Assembly: GCA_021844025.1 (NCBI GenBank)
Contig: JAKBUF010000001.1
Span: 1-52,652, forward strand
Source: a bacterium
GTDB taxonomy: Bacteria > Patescibacteriota > Minisyncoccia > UBA6257 > JAGOQP01
Length of the DNA: 52,652 nt
Direction: 5' to 3'
The notes beneath the pieces are model-generated. The model saw only the letters and a program-made list of their open reading frames with translations, did no database searches and was not told where the DNA came from. Shown one piece after another: positions 1-8,176 of this stretch. Made by a program: the position numbers and the translations under genes. The number at the start of each line of letters is the position of its first letter. Position 1 is the first letter of the stretch.

Positions 1-482
1 GAGTTGGTGCCGGATACGTTGCGGTGGGAGCATTTCCAAATCTTTCTTTCACTTGGAAAATCGGGACGGTTCTTTCTTCTAATACACCAGTTGCTCCGGG
101 TACGTATCGCTTGCGCATTATAGACACTATTCGTGGAGCGCAATCGGTTGATCGGGTTAGTGACTCATTTACTATTGCCGCGGCACCTCTTACTATAAAC
201 ACAGTTTTTCCCTCCACGGTTCCCGCGGATGATAACACCAGCGTTGTGTTGTATGGGTCTGGATTTACCCCCGGTACTTCTATATATTTTGATGGACTTA
301 CATATTCAACCGCGCACGTATCTTATGCATCTCCTGATGGGCGCGTGTTGGTGTTTACTGTTCCTTCTTCTATTTCAGTGGGAAGGCATACATTCCAAGC
401 ACAAGCTACTTATACCTCTTCAGCAACCACTACCACCAGCGGAACTGCATTTATGACTATTACTCCCCCAACTAGTAACTAG
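1..482 (+). CDS. 3' fragment of a secreted/surface protein with an IPT/TIG-like Ig-fold segment (5' end outside window)
   Basis: The frame is open from the window edge (codons from nt 3) to a stop at 480-482. The S/T-rich beta-type sequence VVLYGSGFTPGTSIYFDG...VLVFTVP resembles IPT/TIG domains. A hairpin terminator follows. Confidence 0.5.
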   Translation, partial: VGAGYVAVGAFPNLSFTWKIGTVLSSNTPVAPGTYRLRIIDTIRGAQSVDRVSDSFTIAAAPLTINTVFPSTVPADDNTSVVLYGSGFTPGTSIYFDGLTYSTAHVSYASPDGRVLVFTVPSSISVGRHTFQAQATYTSSATTTTSGTAFMTITPPTSN

Positions 483-506
483 CGGTTATATTCATACACA
501 AATCAA

Positions 507-530
507 AATCCCCGCTATAGCGGGGATTTC
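507..530 (+). terminator. Intrinsic terminator hairpin
   Basis: atccccgc-tata-gcggggat stem-loop followed by a T-rich tail, 25 nt after the stop at 482. Confidence 0.55.
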
Positions 531-557
531 TGTATACAATAAAACTCTATTAGTGAT

Positions 558-977
558 TTACAAAAAATATTTTATAAATAAAACCACGTACACCCACGCG
601 GAGAGCATAAATAATATATTCAAACTTTTTTCCCGCACGGTAGTTGCTTCTTGAATTTTAGACAAATACCCACCCGTTTCTAATACAAAAAATAAAAATA
701 TAACTACACTTGCCACGAGTATGGTGGGCTCTATAAAGAACGCAAAAAAACCAAGCATAGCCACTACAATATCGGTCATTTGGTTATAAGTAGTTTCTCC
801 AACCTTGGTTACATACTCAATAAATTCCCACAGAATAAACAGCACTGCCGCGTATAAAGCTCCAGTAACTACCTCAATGTGTAATGCAATAGCCACCGCT
901 GCTAAACTCGCCCCAAAGAGCGCGTGATTTACCGACCACATATCAATATATTCCCGTTCCTTCCAAATACCTTTCAT
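558..977 (-). CDS. Small integral membrane protein (about 4 TM helices), function unknown
   Basis: 139-aa ORF with four long hydrophobic stretches and no competing ORF. Confidence 0.55.
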   Translation of the reverse strand: MKGIWKEREYIDMWSVNHALFGASLAAVAIALHIEVVTGALYAAVLFILWEFIEYVTKVGETTYNQMTDIVVAMLGFFAFFIEPTILVASVVIFLFFVLETGGYLSKIQEATTVREKSLNILFMLSAWVYVVLFIKYFL

Positions 978-1109
978 ATTGCCCTATAGTATAGCACGAT
1001 ATTTGTGACATTTAATAATCCGTTCCGTATATGTTTATAGACATCCGTCATTGGCTCATGGTCGGCCACGTGCGGGTGCATTAGTATTAATTAATAATAT
1101 CAGTTAGAT

Positions 1110-1583
1110 ATGCACTATAAGAAAGTGTTTGGTTTATTGAGTTTGGTCGCGATTGTTCTTTCGTTTGCGGGAGCTCCCGTGTTTGCGCAAACTGCTAGCA
1201 GCACCGGTAGCAGCACACCCGTGACCACGCCCCAAACTACGGTTAAAAAAACTATTGATGGATCTTGCGTAGCAAATGCAATTGGTACTCGTGATACTGC
1301 GATGGAAACGGCTATTGATACATATAATAATTCCATTAAACAAGCTTTGGAAACCCGTAAGGAAGCCCTGCAGTCAGCGTGGGCGCTTACTACCGTAAAA
1401 GAACGCAACACAGCGGTAAAATCAGCGTGGGCTGCGTTTAATACTGCCCGCAAAAATGCCGCAAAAGACCTACATTCTGCAAAACTTTTAACATGGAAAC
1501 AATTTGCAACTGACGCAAAATCATGTGGTCCACGAGCAGGAGCCTTGGAAGAAGGATATCGCTGGTATGATAATTCTCTCTAA
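1110..1583 (+). CDS. Secreted hypothetical protein
   Basis: N-terminal signal peptide (LLSLVAIVLSFAGAPVFAQ) followed by an S/T-rich linker and a helical A/K-rich region. Antisense ORFs look spurious. Confidence 0.55.
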   Translation: MHYKKVFGLLSLVAIVLSFAGAPVFAQTASSTGSSTPVTTPQTTVKKTIDGSCVANAIGTRDTAMETAIDTYNNSIKQALETRKEALQSAWALTTVKERNTAVKSAWAAFNTARKNAAKDLHSAKLLTWKQFATDAKSCGPRAGALEEGYRWYDNSL

Positions 1584-1657
1584 CTACTTCTTCATTACAA
1601 ACTATGCAAAAAATTCTCCTAAAGGAGAATTTTTTGTTTCACATAATTATATAATTT

Positions 1658-2224
1658 TTAGTCCGCATCAACTCCATTACATCGTTCCGCCTCAATCCCA
1701 CTAGCACTAGAGAGAGCAAGGGTTGTTCGTGTTGATAGTTCGTGCATAACCGCGCATGCTTCATTTTCATTTTCGGTTGATTCCGATGTTTCGAGCGCCG
1801 TGCGAATTGAAGCTCGCGCATCGCGCATAAGTTCTTGCGCCCTGTTTTGGTGATCCTGTTCCTGCAATTCAAGTGCTTCTTGCACGCGTCGTTTAGCTAG
1901 TTGTGTATGAACCATTGATTCCCTCGCTCGCGGAGTAAGCGCAACCCGGACTGATTCCTGTGCTCGTTTTAATGGGTATAGCACATGAGCCGGACCAACG
2001 TTTTGCGCATCGGCATATACTGCCCCTCCTCCAGTAAATAATACTAAAATTCCCACGACTCCCAACGCATATCGCGTTTTGTATCCTAACACCCGATGGT
2101 ATCTGGGTACTTGAGAAACAACACGCGCATCAAACCACCGCAAGAAAGCATCTTCTCCCGCGCGTAAGAACTCGGGTCGTGGCGTGTGTAAATTTTTTAG
2201 TTGTTTTTTGAATCGGTAGCTCAT
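1658..2224 (-). CDS. Putative anti-sigma factor-like single-pass membrane protein (DUF5667-like)
   Basis: Overlaps the upstream ECF sigma gene by 4 nt (ATGA coupling). It has a cytoplasmic N-terminus, one TM helix (ALGVVGILVLFTGGGAVYA) and a helical C-terminus. The function is inferred from context. Confidence 0.45.
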   Translation of the reverse strand: MSYRFKKQLKNLHTPRPEFLRAGEDAFLRWFDARVVSQVPRYHRVLGYKTRYALGVVGILVLFTGGGAVYADAQNVGPAHVLYPLKRAQESVRVALTPRARESMVHTQLAKRRVQEALELQEQDHQNRAQELMRDARASIRTALETSESTENENEACAVMHELSTRTTLALSSASGIEAERCNGVDAD

Positions 2225-2778
2225 GCTTCGTGTAATTGTTTTTTTATTTCTTTTTGCATGCGATTTATTTTAAGACGCATGGCTCCTTCGGTTTTACCAG
2301 CAATACGCGCAATATCTTTATAGGGCAATCCCGCAAAAAATCGCAACCGAAACAATTCTTGATCGCGCGGATCGTATCCGGCTAATTGCGCAGATATTTT
2401 CTCGCGTAACAGCGCGTGGTGTACCATCTGTTCGGTGTTGTGTTCGGTTGGTATTTGTAACTCCTCATCTAGCGAAATCACAGAATTTTTTTGGGACCTG
2501 AAAAAATCAATAAGTTTATTACGCGCAATTTGCCAAAACCAAACCGTGAAATCTCCTTTGTTCTCGTTAAATGAATCCAGGGCACGAACTACCATCATAA
2601 ACGTTTCCTGTGTTAAGTCTTCTGCTTGAGACTGCTGCCCTACCCGACTCAAAAAGAACGCGTATGCCTTTTGTGCTAATTCTTGGTATATAACCCGCGC
2701 CGCCTCGCGGTCTCCCCGCTTCATAGCCGCCGCTTGAGCATTCAAATATGATCGTTTCGTTGGTAAAAATCCTTTCAT
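2221..2778 (-). CDS. RNA polymerase sigma-70 family factor, ECF subfamily
   Basis: Region 2 (EDLTQETFMMVVRALDSF...WFWQIARNKLIDFFR) and region 4 HTH (LPYKDIARIAGKTEGAMRLKINR) are recognisable. Confidence 0.8.
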   Translation of the reverse strand: MKGFLPTKRSYLNAQAAAMKRGDREAARVIYQELAQKAYAFFLSRVGQQSQAEDLTQETFMMVVRALDSFNENKGDFTVWFWQIARNKLIDFFRSQKNSVISLDEELQIPTEHNTEQMVHHALLREKISAQLAGYDPRDQELFRLRFFAGLPYKDIARIAGKTEGAMRLKINRMQKEIKKQLHEA

Positions 2779-2870
2779 AGATATACGGTTTTTGTACAGT
2801 ATTTGTTACTGCTTTAACAATAGCCTCAGTAATAGTATTTTAGTCTAATCTGTTTCTTCTTTTTTTTGCA

Positions 2871-2910
2871 ATTACCCAAATTCGTTACGATCGTAACAAA
2901 TTTGGGTAAT
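2871..2910. repeat. 40-bp palindrome with GTTACGATCGTAAC core, copy 1
   Basis: attacccaaattcgttacgatcgtaacaaatttgggtaat is a near-perfect dyad. A second copy lies at 22020-22059. Confidence 0.75.
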
Positions 2911-2950
2911 TAGCATACTATATAATTTATAGTCTATAACCTAAAAATAC

Positions 2951-4672
2951 CTATTCAGATTTTTTGTCCCACACAATCTTTCCGGTTATATCTTCCACTT
3001 CAGAAAAGGTGGTAATACCCGTTATTACTTTTAAGATGCCGTCTTCCTGCATAGACACAAACCCTTTTGTTTTTACCAGAGTATCAATTTCACGTTGTCC
3101 CGCTTCTTTGGTTATTAGTTCCTGCAAGGCGCCATCCACCACCAATAACTCATATACTCCAATACGCCCGCGAAACCCAGTATGGTTGCAATATTCACAT
3201 CCCACTGGTTCATACAGAGAAATGTTTGCGTAGGGTTCTTTATTGACCCGCTCCGGTAAATGTGCCAAAAATGATTTGATTTGTTCTTTTATTTTTTGGT
3301 CGGGGGTTACTTCTTTTTTACATTTTTCACACAAACGCCGCAGCAACCGTTGCGCAATCAACAAATTAAGTGCTGGCGCCAAACTATTTGCTTTTACTCC
3401 CAGATCCAGTAACCGCGGAATAGCTCCGGTTGCTTCGTTCGCGTGCACGGTAGAAAATACCAAGTGCCCCGTGAGTGATGCCTGCACCGCAATTTCTGCG
3501 GTTTCTTTGTCGCGAATTTCTCCAACTAAAATAATGTCAGGGTCCTGACGCATGAGTGACCGCAGACCCGAGGCAAAGGTATATTCTCCTTCATTATCTA
3601 CCTGAGTTTGTTCAATGCCGTCCAGGTGATATTCAATCGGGTCCTCAATGGTAATAATTTTTACTTCTGGGCTGAGTCGGTGTTTCAAAAATGCGTAAAG
3701 CGTAGTGGTTTTTCCTGATCCGGTTGGCCCGGTGTTTAACGCCATACCATTGGGGCGTTTTAGTTGTTCTTGAATAATATCTAAATCATCGGATCGTAAC
3801 CCTAAATCTTTTAGGTCTAGTGAAATTGCCTGAGCATCTAAAATACGCATAACCACCACCTCGCCAAATTCTGAGGGAGCCACTGCCACACGCACCTCAA
3901 TATCAGGCCGTTCGGTCAGATTAATAGTAAAACGTCCATCTTGCGCTTCATCGCGTATGTTTAGTTTTAAATTGGAGAGTAGTTTAATGCGTGAAATGAG
4001 CGCGCGATACGTGTCGTGTGGAATATCATCTATAACATCGTTTAACAATCCATCAACGCGGTATCTTATTTTTGCGGTTTTTTCTTTTGGCTCAAGGTGA
4101 ATGTCGGACGCGCGATTCGCAATTGCCCCCAACAACAAAATATCCATAATGCTGGATGTTTTCCCTTTTCCTAGATGCGCGTTAATGGTTTCTTTTACCT
4201 GTGCAATAGAGTTTAGGTATTTTATTGATACAGTCGTGTCGGTTTTGTCTTCCTCTACATCTACCGATCCAGAAATTGCGGCATGGGTAGCAGAAACAAA
4301 TCGGTACTGATCCAAAATACGCGAGAGAGAAGAAAGCGAAACTATATAAAGCGTAGCGGCATACCCCATTTCTTCGAGGCGCTTGAGCGCTTCTTTGGTT
4401 TTTGAATACTTGGGGTCGTATATTATTACCGCTATTCTTTTTTCTTTTGCGGTAATAATGGCGCAGTGTCCTTCGCGAGCGCTGTGTTCGTCAAGTAAGG
4501 CAAGGGCTTCTAAATTGAGAGAAATACGCTCTGGGGAAAGATATGGGATTCCTTCCTGTTGGGCGCGGCGCTGTGCATCGCGCTCCTCTGCCTCACGCTT
4601 GATTTGATTCAGTTGTAGCTGTAAATCATCGGGCATACCCAGTATATCAACAACGATGTGCGCGAAGCGCAT
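2951..4672 (-). CDS. Type II/IV secretion ATPase, GspE/PilB family (type IV pilus assembly ATPase-like)
   Basis: Walker A GPTGSGKTTT, Asp and His boxes, a tetracysteine motif (CEKCKK...CEYCNHTGFRGR) and an N-terminal GspE_N-like region. Confidence 0.9.
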   Translation of the reverse strand: MRFAHIVVDILGMPDDLQLQLNQIKREAEERDAQRRAQQEGIPYLSPERISLNLEALALLDEHSAREGHCAIITAKEKRIAVIIYDPKYSKTKEALKRLEEMGYAATLYIVSLSSLSRILDQYRFVSATHAAISGSVDVEEDKTDTTVSIKYLNSIAQVKETINAHLGKGKTSSIMDILLLGAIANRASDIHLEPKEKTAKIRYRVDGLLNDVIDDIPHDTYRALISRIKLLSNLKLNIRDEAQDGRFTINLTERPDIEVRVAVAPSEFGEVVVMRILDAQAISLDLKDLGLRSDDLDIIQEQLKRPNGMALNTGPTGSGKTTTLYAFLKHRLSPEVKIITIEDPIEYHLDGIEQTQVDNEGEYTFASGLRSLMRQDPDIILVGEIRDKETAEIAVQASLTGHLVFSTVHANEATGAIPRLLDLGVKANSLAPALNLLIAQRLLRRLCEKCKKEVTPDQKIKEQIKSFLAHLPERVNKEPYANISLYEPVGCEYCNHTGFRGRIGVYELLVVDGALQELITKEAGQREIDTLVKTKGFVSMQEDGILKVITGITTFSEVEDITGKIVWDKKSE

Positions 4673-4790
4673 TCATTGATTGATTATTAAAACTATTCAT
4701 ACGTTTCATAATATATAGACACCCAATACTACATAAACATTATATCTAGATCGTTGTTGTATTACTGGGCATATGAACATAGTATACACT

Positions 4791-4848
4791 ATGTAATTTC
4801 CAATTTACAATTATCAATTTCCAATTAATTTTCAATTTTTTAATGTTC
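4791..4848. repeat. ATTGNAAATT / AATTTNCAAT intergenic array
   Basis: The sequence is taatttccaatttacaattatcaatttccaattaattttcaatt. The same motif family recurs in about 10 intergenic regions. Confidence 0.7.
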
Positions 4849-4891
4849 AAAATCTAGTACTTCACACTTATTATTTACTACCCAACTATAT

Positions 4892-4920
4892 TTGACATTT
4901 ATATATAATAGGAGTATAAT
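4892..4920 (+). promoter_or_regulatory. Consensus sigma70-type promoter (TTGACA-N17-TATAAT)
   Basis: TTGACA at 4892-4897, a 17-nt spacer and TATAAT at 4915-4920. A GGGAGA RBS precedes the ATG at 4959. Confidence 0.6.
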
Positions 4921-4958
4921 ATAGGCAGAAAATTTCAAATCATTTTGGGAGAAATAAA

Positions 4959-5378
4959 ATGAAAAAGAGAGCAATTATATTACTTTTTGCTGTTGCGCTG
5001 TTATTCAGTGGATGCGCTGGATTGTTTGAGGTGAGAACAGAGGGGGGTACCGTTGGGTATTACAATAATTCTGTGACGGTTATCAATTCCGCCACCACCG
5101 ACAATAATGAGTTAAAGGTGTTGGTCAACGGAAGAACGGTTAGGAAAATATATAACGTTTCTGACCCAACCCCAGAAAGACCAGACGCAACAACCGTCGC
5201 GTTGTGGGAAGGAATATCAAATGTTCAAGTTCCGCGATCATTTGATGTCCAGGTGATTGGTAAGAAGAATGGTAGGACGGTTGCGGCCCATCTCCCTTTT
5301 TATGCAACCTCATGGGGAGAAAACCACCAAACATGGATAGTCACTGATCAGATGCTCCAGCCATACTACGGATTTTAA
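4959..5378 (+). CDS. Lipoprotein, function unknown
   Basis: Signal peptide with lipobox LFSGC, plus its own promoter, RBS and terminator. Confidence 0.6.
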   Translation: MKKRAIILLFAVALLFSGCAGLFEVRTEGGTVGYYNNSVTVINSATTDNNELKVLVNGRTVRKIYNVSDPTPERPDATTVALWEGISNVQVPRSFDVQVIGKKNGRTVAAHLPFYATSWGENHQTWIVTDQMLQPYYGF

Positions 5379-5380
5379 TT

Positions 5381-5428
5381 TCTGATTGCCGAAGATCCTA
5401 AAAACTTTTCGGCAATCAGATCTTTTTT
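5381..5428 (+). terminator. Intrinsic terminator
   Basis: 13-bp stem tctgattgccgaa / ttcggcaatcaga followed by tctttttt. Confidence 0.7.
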
Positions 5429-5554
5429 GAGATTACGAATATTTCGCAATTTCAAAATTGGTAGCACATTATAAAATAGATTGATTTGTTCGCTTTGTTT
5501 GCGAAGTTTTTTCGTTGACAGAGTGAACAAATCAATCACAAATTGGAGTAAAAA

Positions 5555-5857
5555 ATGAAAAGTCTTGTTTTCCTAGTAGAAATGGTTTATGGAAGTGTTG
5601 GTTCACACATACACATGGGAATTTTTAAAAGCCTAACCAAACTTGCCTCCGCTATACCCGAAATGGAAAAATTTGTGCTCAAAACCACAGGAAAAGAATA
5701 TAGTCCAAAGATTAAAGTGGTGGCATTCTTTTCAGACGTATTCTCTCAAAAAATAGTATTTCTTGATGAATCAAACCAACAAATGAAAAAAGTCATCGGA
5801 AGACTTCGGAAAATGGGCTTTGAGGTTCTGCCGGGTGAGGTCACCAAAGAATTATAG
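5555..5857 (+). CDS. Hypothetical small protein
   Basis: 100-aa ORF with a GGAG RBS 8 nt upstream and its own terminator. No recognisable domain. Confidence 0.45.
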   Translation: MKSLVFLVEMVYGSVGSHIHMGIFKSLTKLASAIPEMEKFVLKTTGKEYSPKIKVVAFFSDVFSQKIVFLDESNQQMKKVIGRLRKMGFEVLPGEVTKEL

Positions 5858-5863
5858 CTCCGT

Positions 5864-5907
5864 CCAGTCCCGATACATCTTAATTATCGGGACTGGAAAC
5901 TTTTTTT
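5864..5907 (+). terminator. Intrinsic terminator
   Basis: Stem ccagtcccgat / atcgggactgg followed by aaacttttttt. Confidence 0.7.
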
Positions 5908-5989
5908 GAGATCATAAAGTAATTTACGATTTCAAAATTGGTACAATCTTGTATCTATTCCGTACCTTAAAAAACTAAATACTAATAAA

Positions 5990-6475
5990 TTGGGCGCGAT
6001 GCCCGAAGGAGGAGTTGTGAGAACTCAAGATTTATTAAAACTGAATAAGAAAAGGGATATTCAAGCTCTTGATTTAACAGTTTGTGCGTTCATGGTAGCA
6101 TTAAATAATGCCGTTTTAGAAACAACAACCGGTGTTCTGTATAAAACATGGCATGAATTTGATATTTTGAGTAAGGGACTCAATGTTTCTATACAGAAAA
6201 TAGTAACGACCAGTTCCGACAATAAACAGGTATTTAGTGTACATGTAATCATTAGACCTCTGTCGTGGAAGAAGCATGAATATATCAGTATGATCCTTTA
6301 TCCGAGCAATGAAATAGGATGGGGCGTTCTACAATTTTCCATTTTTAATTTGAATATGGAAAATGATCTAAAAAATAGATTCTCTGGATCCAGTTTCAGT
6401 TTCAGGAGAGCGCTACACTTTTACGACGAACAGAATCCTACACAACGTATCATAAAAATAATGAATGAAAACTAA
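5990..6475 (+). CDS. Hypothetical protein
   Basis: 161-aa ORF. The start is uncertain: TTG 5990, ATG 5999, or GTG just after GAAGGAGGAG. It has its own terminator. Confidence 0.45.
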   Translation: MGAMPEGGVVRTQDLLKLNKKRDIQALDLTVCAFMVALNNAVLETTTGVLYKTWHEFDILSKGLNVSIQKIVTTSSDNKQVFSVHVIIRPLSWKKHEYISMILYPSNEIGWGVLQFSIFNLNMENDLKNRFSGSSFSFRRALHFYDEQNPTQRIIKIMNEN

Positions 6476-6484
6476 ATTTTCAGA

Positions 6485-6511
6485 CCCCGTCATAAAGACG
6501 GGGATTTTTTT
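6485..6511 (+). terminator. Intrinsic terminator
   Basis: ccccgtc-ataaa-gacgggg followed by attttttt. Confidence 0.7.
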
Positions 6512-6574
6512 CGAGTAGTAGAAGTTTGCATATTTCATATCAACCGCTTCGCGGTAAGCAAACCTCACTACCCG
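6512..6574. repeat. TIR-hairpin repeat family copy (MITE/REP-like)
   Basis: cgagtagtagaagtttgc...gcaaacctcactacccg. The ends are inverted repeats and are shared with copies at 7004, 7377, 10838, 31604, 42381, 46516 and 47161. Confidence 0.65.
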
Positions 6575-6714
6575 ATTTTTTATACTCAATTCCTTCTGTA
6601 TTTAGAAATTATGATTTAATATTTATTTATAAAATTAAAAATTGATTCGCCAGCTAGCGGATTATAAATTATTCGCAGAATTCGCATAAAATTCGAATTG
6701 TTCGCATCGATACA

Positions 6715-7284
6715 TTAGCGAATGATGATAACCCTTTCGCTCGCTGATGTTCCATGCTCAAACCTCACCCTAATCACATTTTTTAATTTCATTCCATTCA
6801 CGTTCCCTGGCCATTCCATAATCACCACCATATGTGGTTGTTTTTTTATTTCAGTAAACCCAATAAGTTCTAGATCTTTTTTTGATTTTAATCGGTATGC
6901 GTCTATGTGCCAAATATTAGAGACAGTGACTTGTGATTGGTGACTAGTGGTTAGGGAATCTAACTTTTCAGTTTTCAATCTTGAATTATACTTTCCCCTT
7001 TCTCCCCCAGTAGTAGAAATGAGTTTCACTACGGGGCATGCTTTCCCCCTTCTCCTCGTTTCGTATCGCTTCGCGATTACGAACGTTGGACTTGCCGCCG
7101 CTGGTTTAATACCAAAATATTGTAAAAATCCCAAAGTAAAGGTCGTTTTTCCTGCTCCCAAATTTCCCTCAAGCAGCACAAACACCGGACCCTGAGAAAG
7201 ACCACTGTGATTGCTAATCTGACGCGCGATTGCCGCGCCTATTTTTTTAGTAACCGCCGGAGAGAAACTGATTATTTTTATCAT
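6715..7284 (-). CDS. tsaE: tRNA t6A37 biosynthesis ATPase TsaE, carrying an in-frame insertion of about 45 aa
   Basis: GNLGAGKTTF P-loop, SPTF, HIDAYRL and EW motifs. The likely start is ATG 7284, because the 11 codons up to 7317 translate the intergenic ATTGAAAATT array. Confidence 0.75.
   Translation of the reverse strand: MIKIISFSPAVTKKIGAAIARQISNHSGLSQGPVFVLLEGNLGAGKTTFTLGFLQYFGIKPAAASPTFVIAKRYETRRRGKACPVVKLISTTGGERGKYNSRLKTEKLDSLTTSHQSQVTVSNIWHIDAYRLKSKKDLELIGFTEIKKQPHMVVIMEWPGNVNGMKLKNVIRVRFEHGTSASERVIIIR
6916..7062. repeat. Composite intergenic-type repeat inserted in frame within tsaE
   Basis: Contains the TIR hairpin cccccagtagtagaaatgagtttcactacgggg (7004-7036). It also carries an attgaaaactgaaaa-type module and a ctaaccactagtcac-type module that otherwise occur only between genes. 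Confidence 0.55.
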
Positions 7285-7290
7285 AAAGAT

Positions 7291-7376
7291 TTTCAATTTC
7301 CAACGGTCAATGATCAATAAATTTCTAATTAATTAATTTTACAATTGAAAATTCACTGAAAATTGGAAATTGCTGT
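7291..7376. repeat. ATTGNAAATT intergenic array
   Basis: The sequence is tttcaatttccaa...acaattgaaaattcactgaaaattggaaattg. Confidence 0.65.
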
Positions 7377-7407
7377 GCCCCGTAGAGAATTTATTCTTCT
7401 ACTGGGG
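7377..7407. repeat. TIR-hairpin repeat family copy (short form)
   Basis: gccccgtagagaatttattcttctactgggg, very similar to 47161-47193 including the flanking aaattgc(t/c)gt and aattg. Confidence 0.6.
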
Positions 7408-7444
7408 ATAATTGAAAATTATTTACTGGTTTTAGAGTGAAGCG

Positions 7445-8176
7445 CTAAAACCAGTAAGCTAGTGCTCCTATCGCCACACTACATAACGCAAACAGTCCCA
7501 CGTTCTTATACATATATTCTTTCGTAAGGGCGCTGGTGCGTATGTGCTGAACAATGTCGTCCATGATGATAAAAAATACCAAGAAGAGCGCGGCGGTATG
7601 AATTATATACAAAGATAACAGTGAAATACTCCATATATATTCAAGCGCCAACAAAGAAAACAGCATATACCACACGGCCTGTTCTTTGCCCCACTCCTGT
7701 TCTAAGAATCGTACTCGTTCTTTGGTGGTAATATATATCCCTACTGCCACAAACAACGTTTTTAACCAAAACGGATCGGTGAGCGCGTTAGATGCCCACC
7801 ACGCCGCCGCCATTCCCAACATAAGATACTGAGCCATGTACAGTGTGCGTTCGTGTCGAGGAATAACAAATCCAATTGCTCCCAAAAAGAGAAAGGTAAG
7901 AACTACTATATACAGAGCTGTGGCCCATATATATAACGGCTCCGTTACTCCACGTATAACATACAAAGACACCAAAGATAAAAACAAGAAAGAAAACCCC
8001 ATCTTTCCCTTTCCACGTACGCGAGTTACATATATATATACGGCACACAAAAACCACGCTAGGGTCCCCCACACGCTTACGCGAGAAGCCACCGCAAGCA
8101 CCGCAAACACCACACTGTTAAGCAACAGTAATAGTGTGGGAAGTGGAAAAAGAGATTTTAACTTTTTTACGATCAT
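7445..8176 (-). CDS. Polytopic membrane protein, function unknown
   Basis: 243-aa ORF with about 7 hydrophobic helices. The annotated start overlaps the clpB 3' end by 59 nt, and in-frame TTG 8125 or GTG 8113 are alternatives. Confidence 0.55.
   Translation of the reverse strand: MIVKKLKSLFPLPTLLLLLNSVVFAVLAVASRVSVWGTLAWFLCAVYIYVTRVRGKGKMGFSFLFLSLVSLYVIRGVTEPLYIWATALYIVVLTFLFLGAIGFVIPRHERTLYMAQYLMLGMAAAWWASNALTDPFWLKTLFVAVGIYITTKERVRFLEQEWGKEQAVWYMLFSLLALEYIWSISLLSLYIIHTAALFLVFFIIMDDIVQHIRTSALTKEYMYKNVGLFALCSVAIGALAYWF

Noticed and set aside
4791-4848. The ATTGNAAATT arrays could be CRISPR arrays.
   Set aside because: The units are only 8-11 nt long, degenerate, contiguous with no unique spacers, and present in both orientations within one array. 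No cas genes are present.
7285-7317. N-terminal extensions of several track ORFs: tsaE 7317, 33700, 34421, 38447, 20080, 24892, 47109.
   Set aside because: The extra codons translate intergenic repeat or promoter DNA or overlap the neighbouring gene. Internal ATGs match homologue N-termini and the TATACT-N6-9-ATG pattern.
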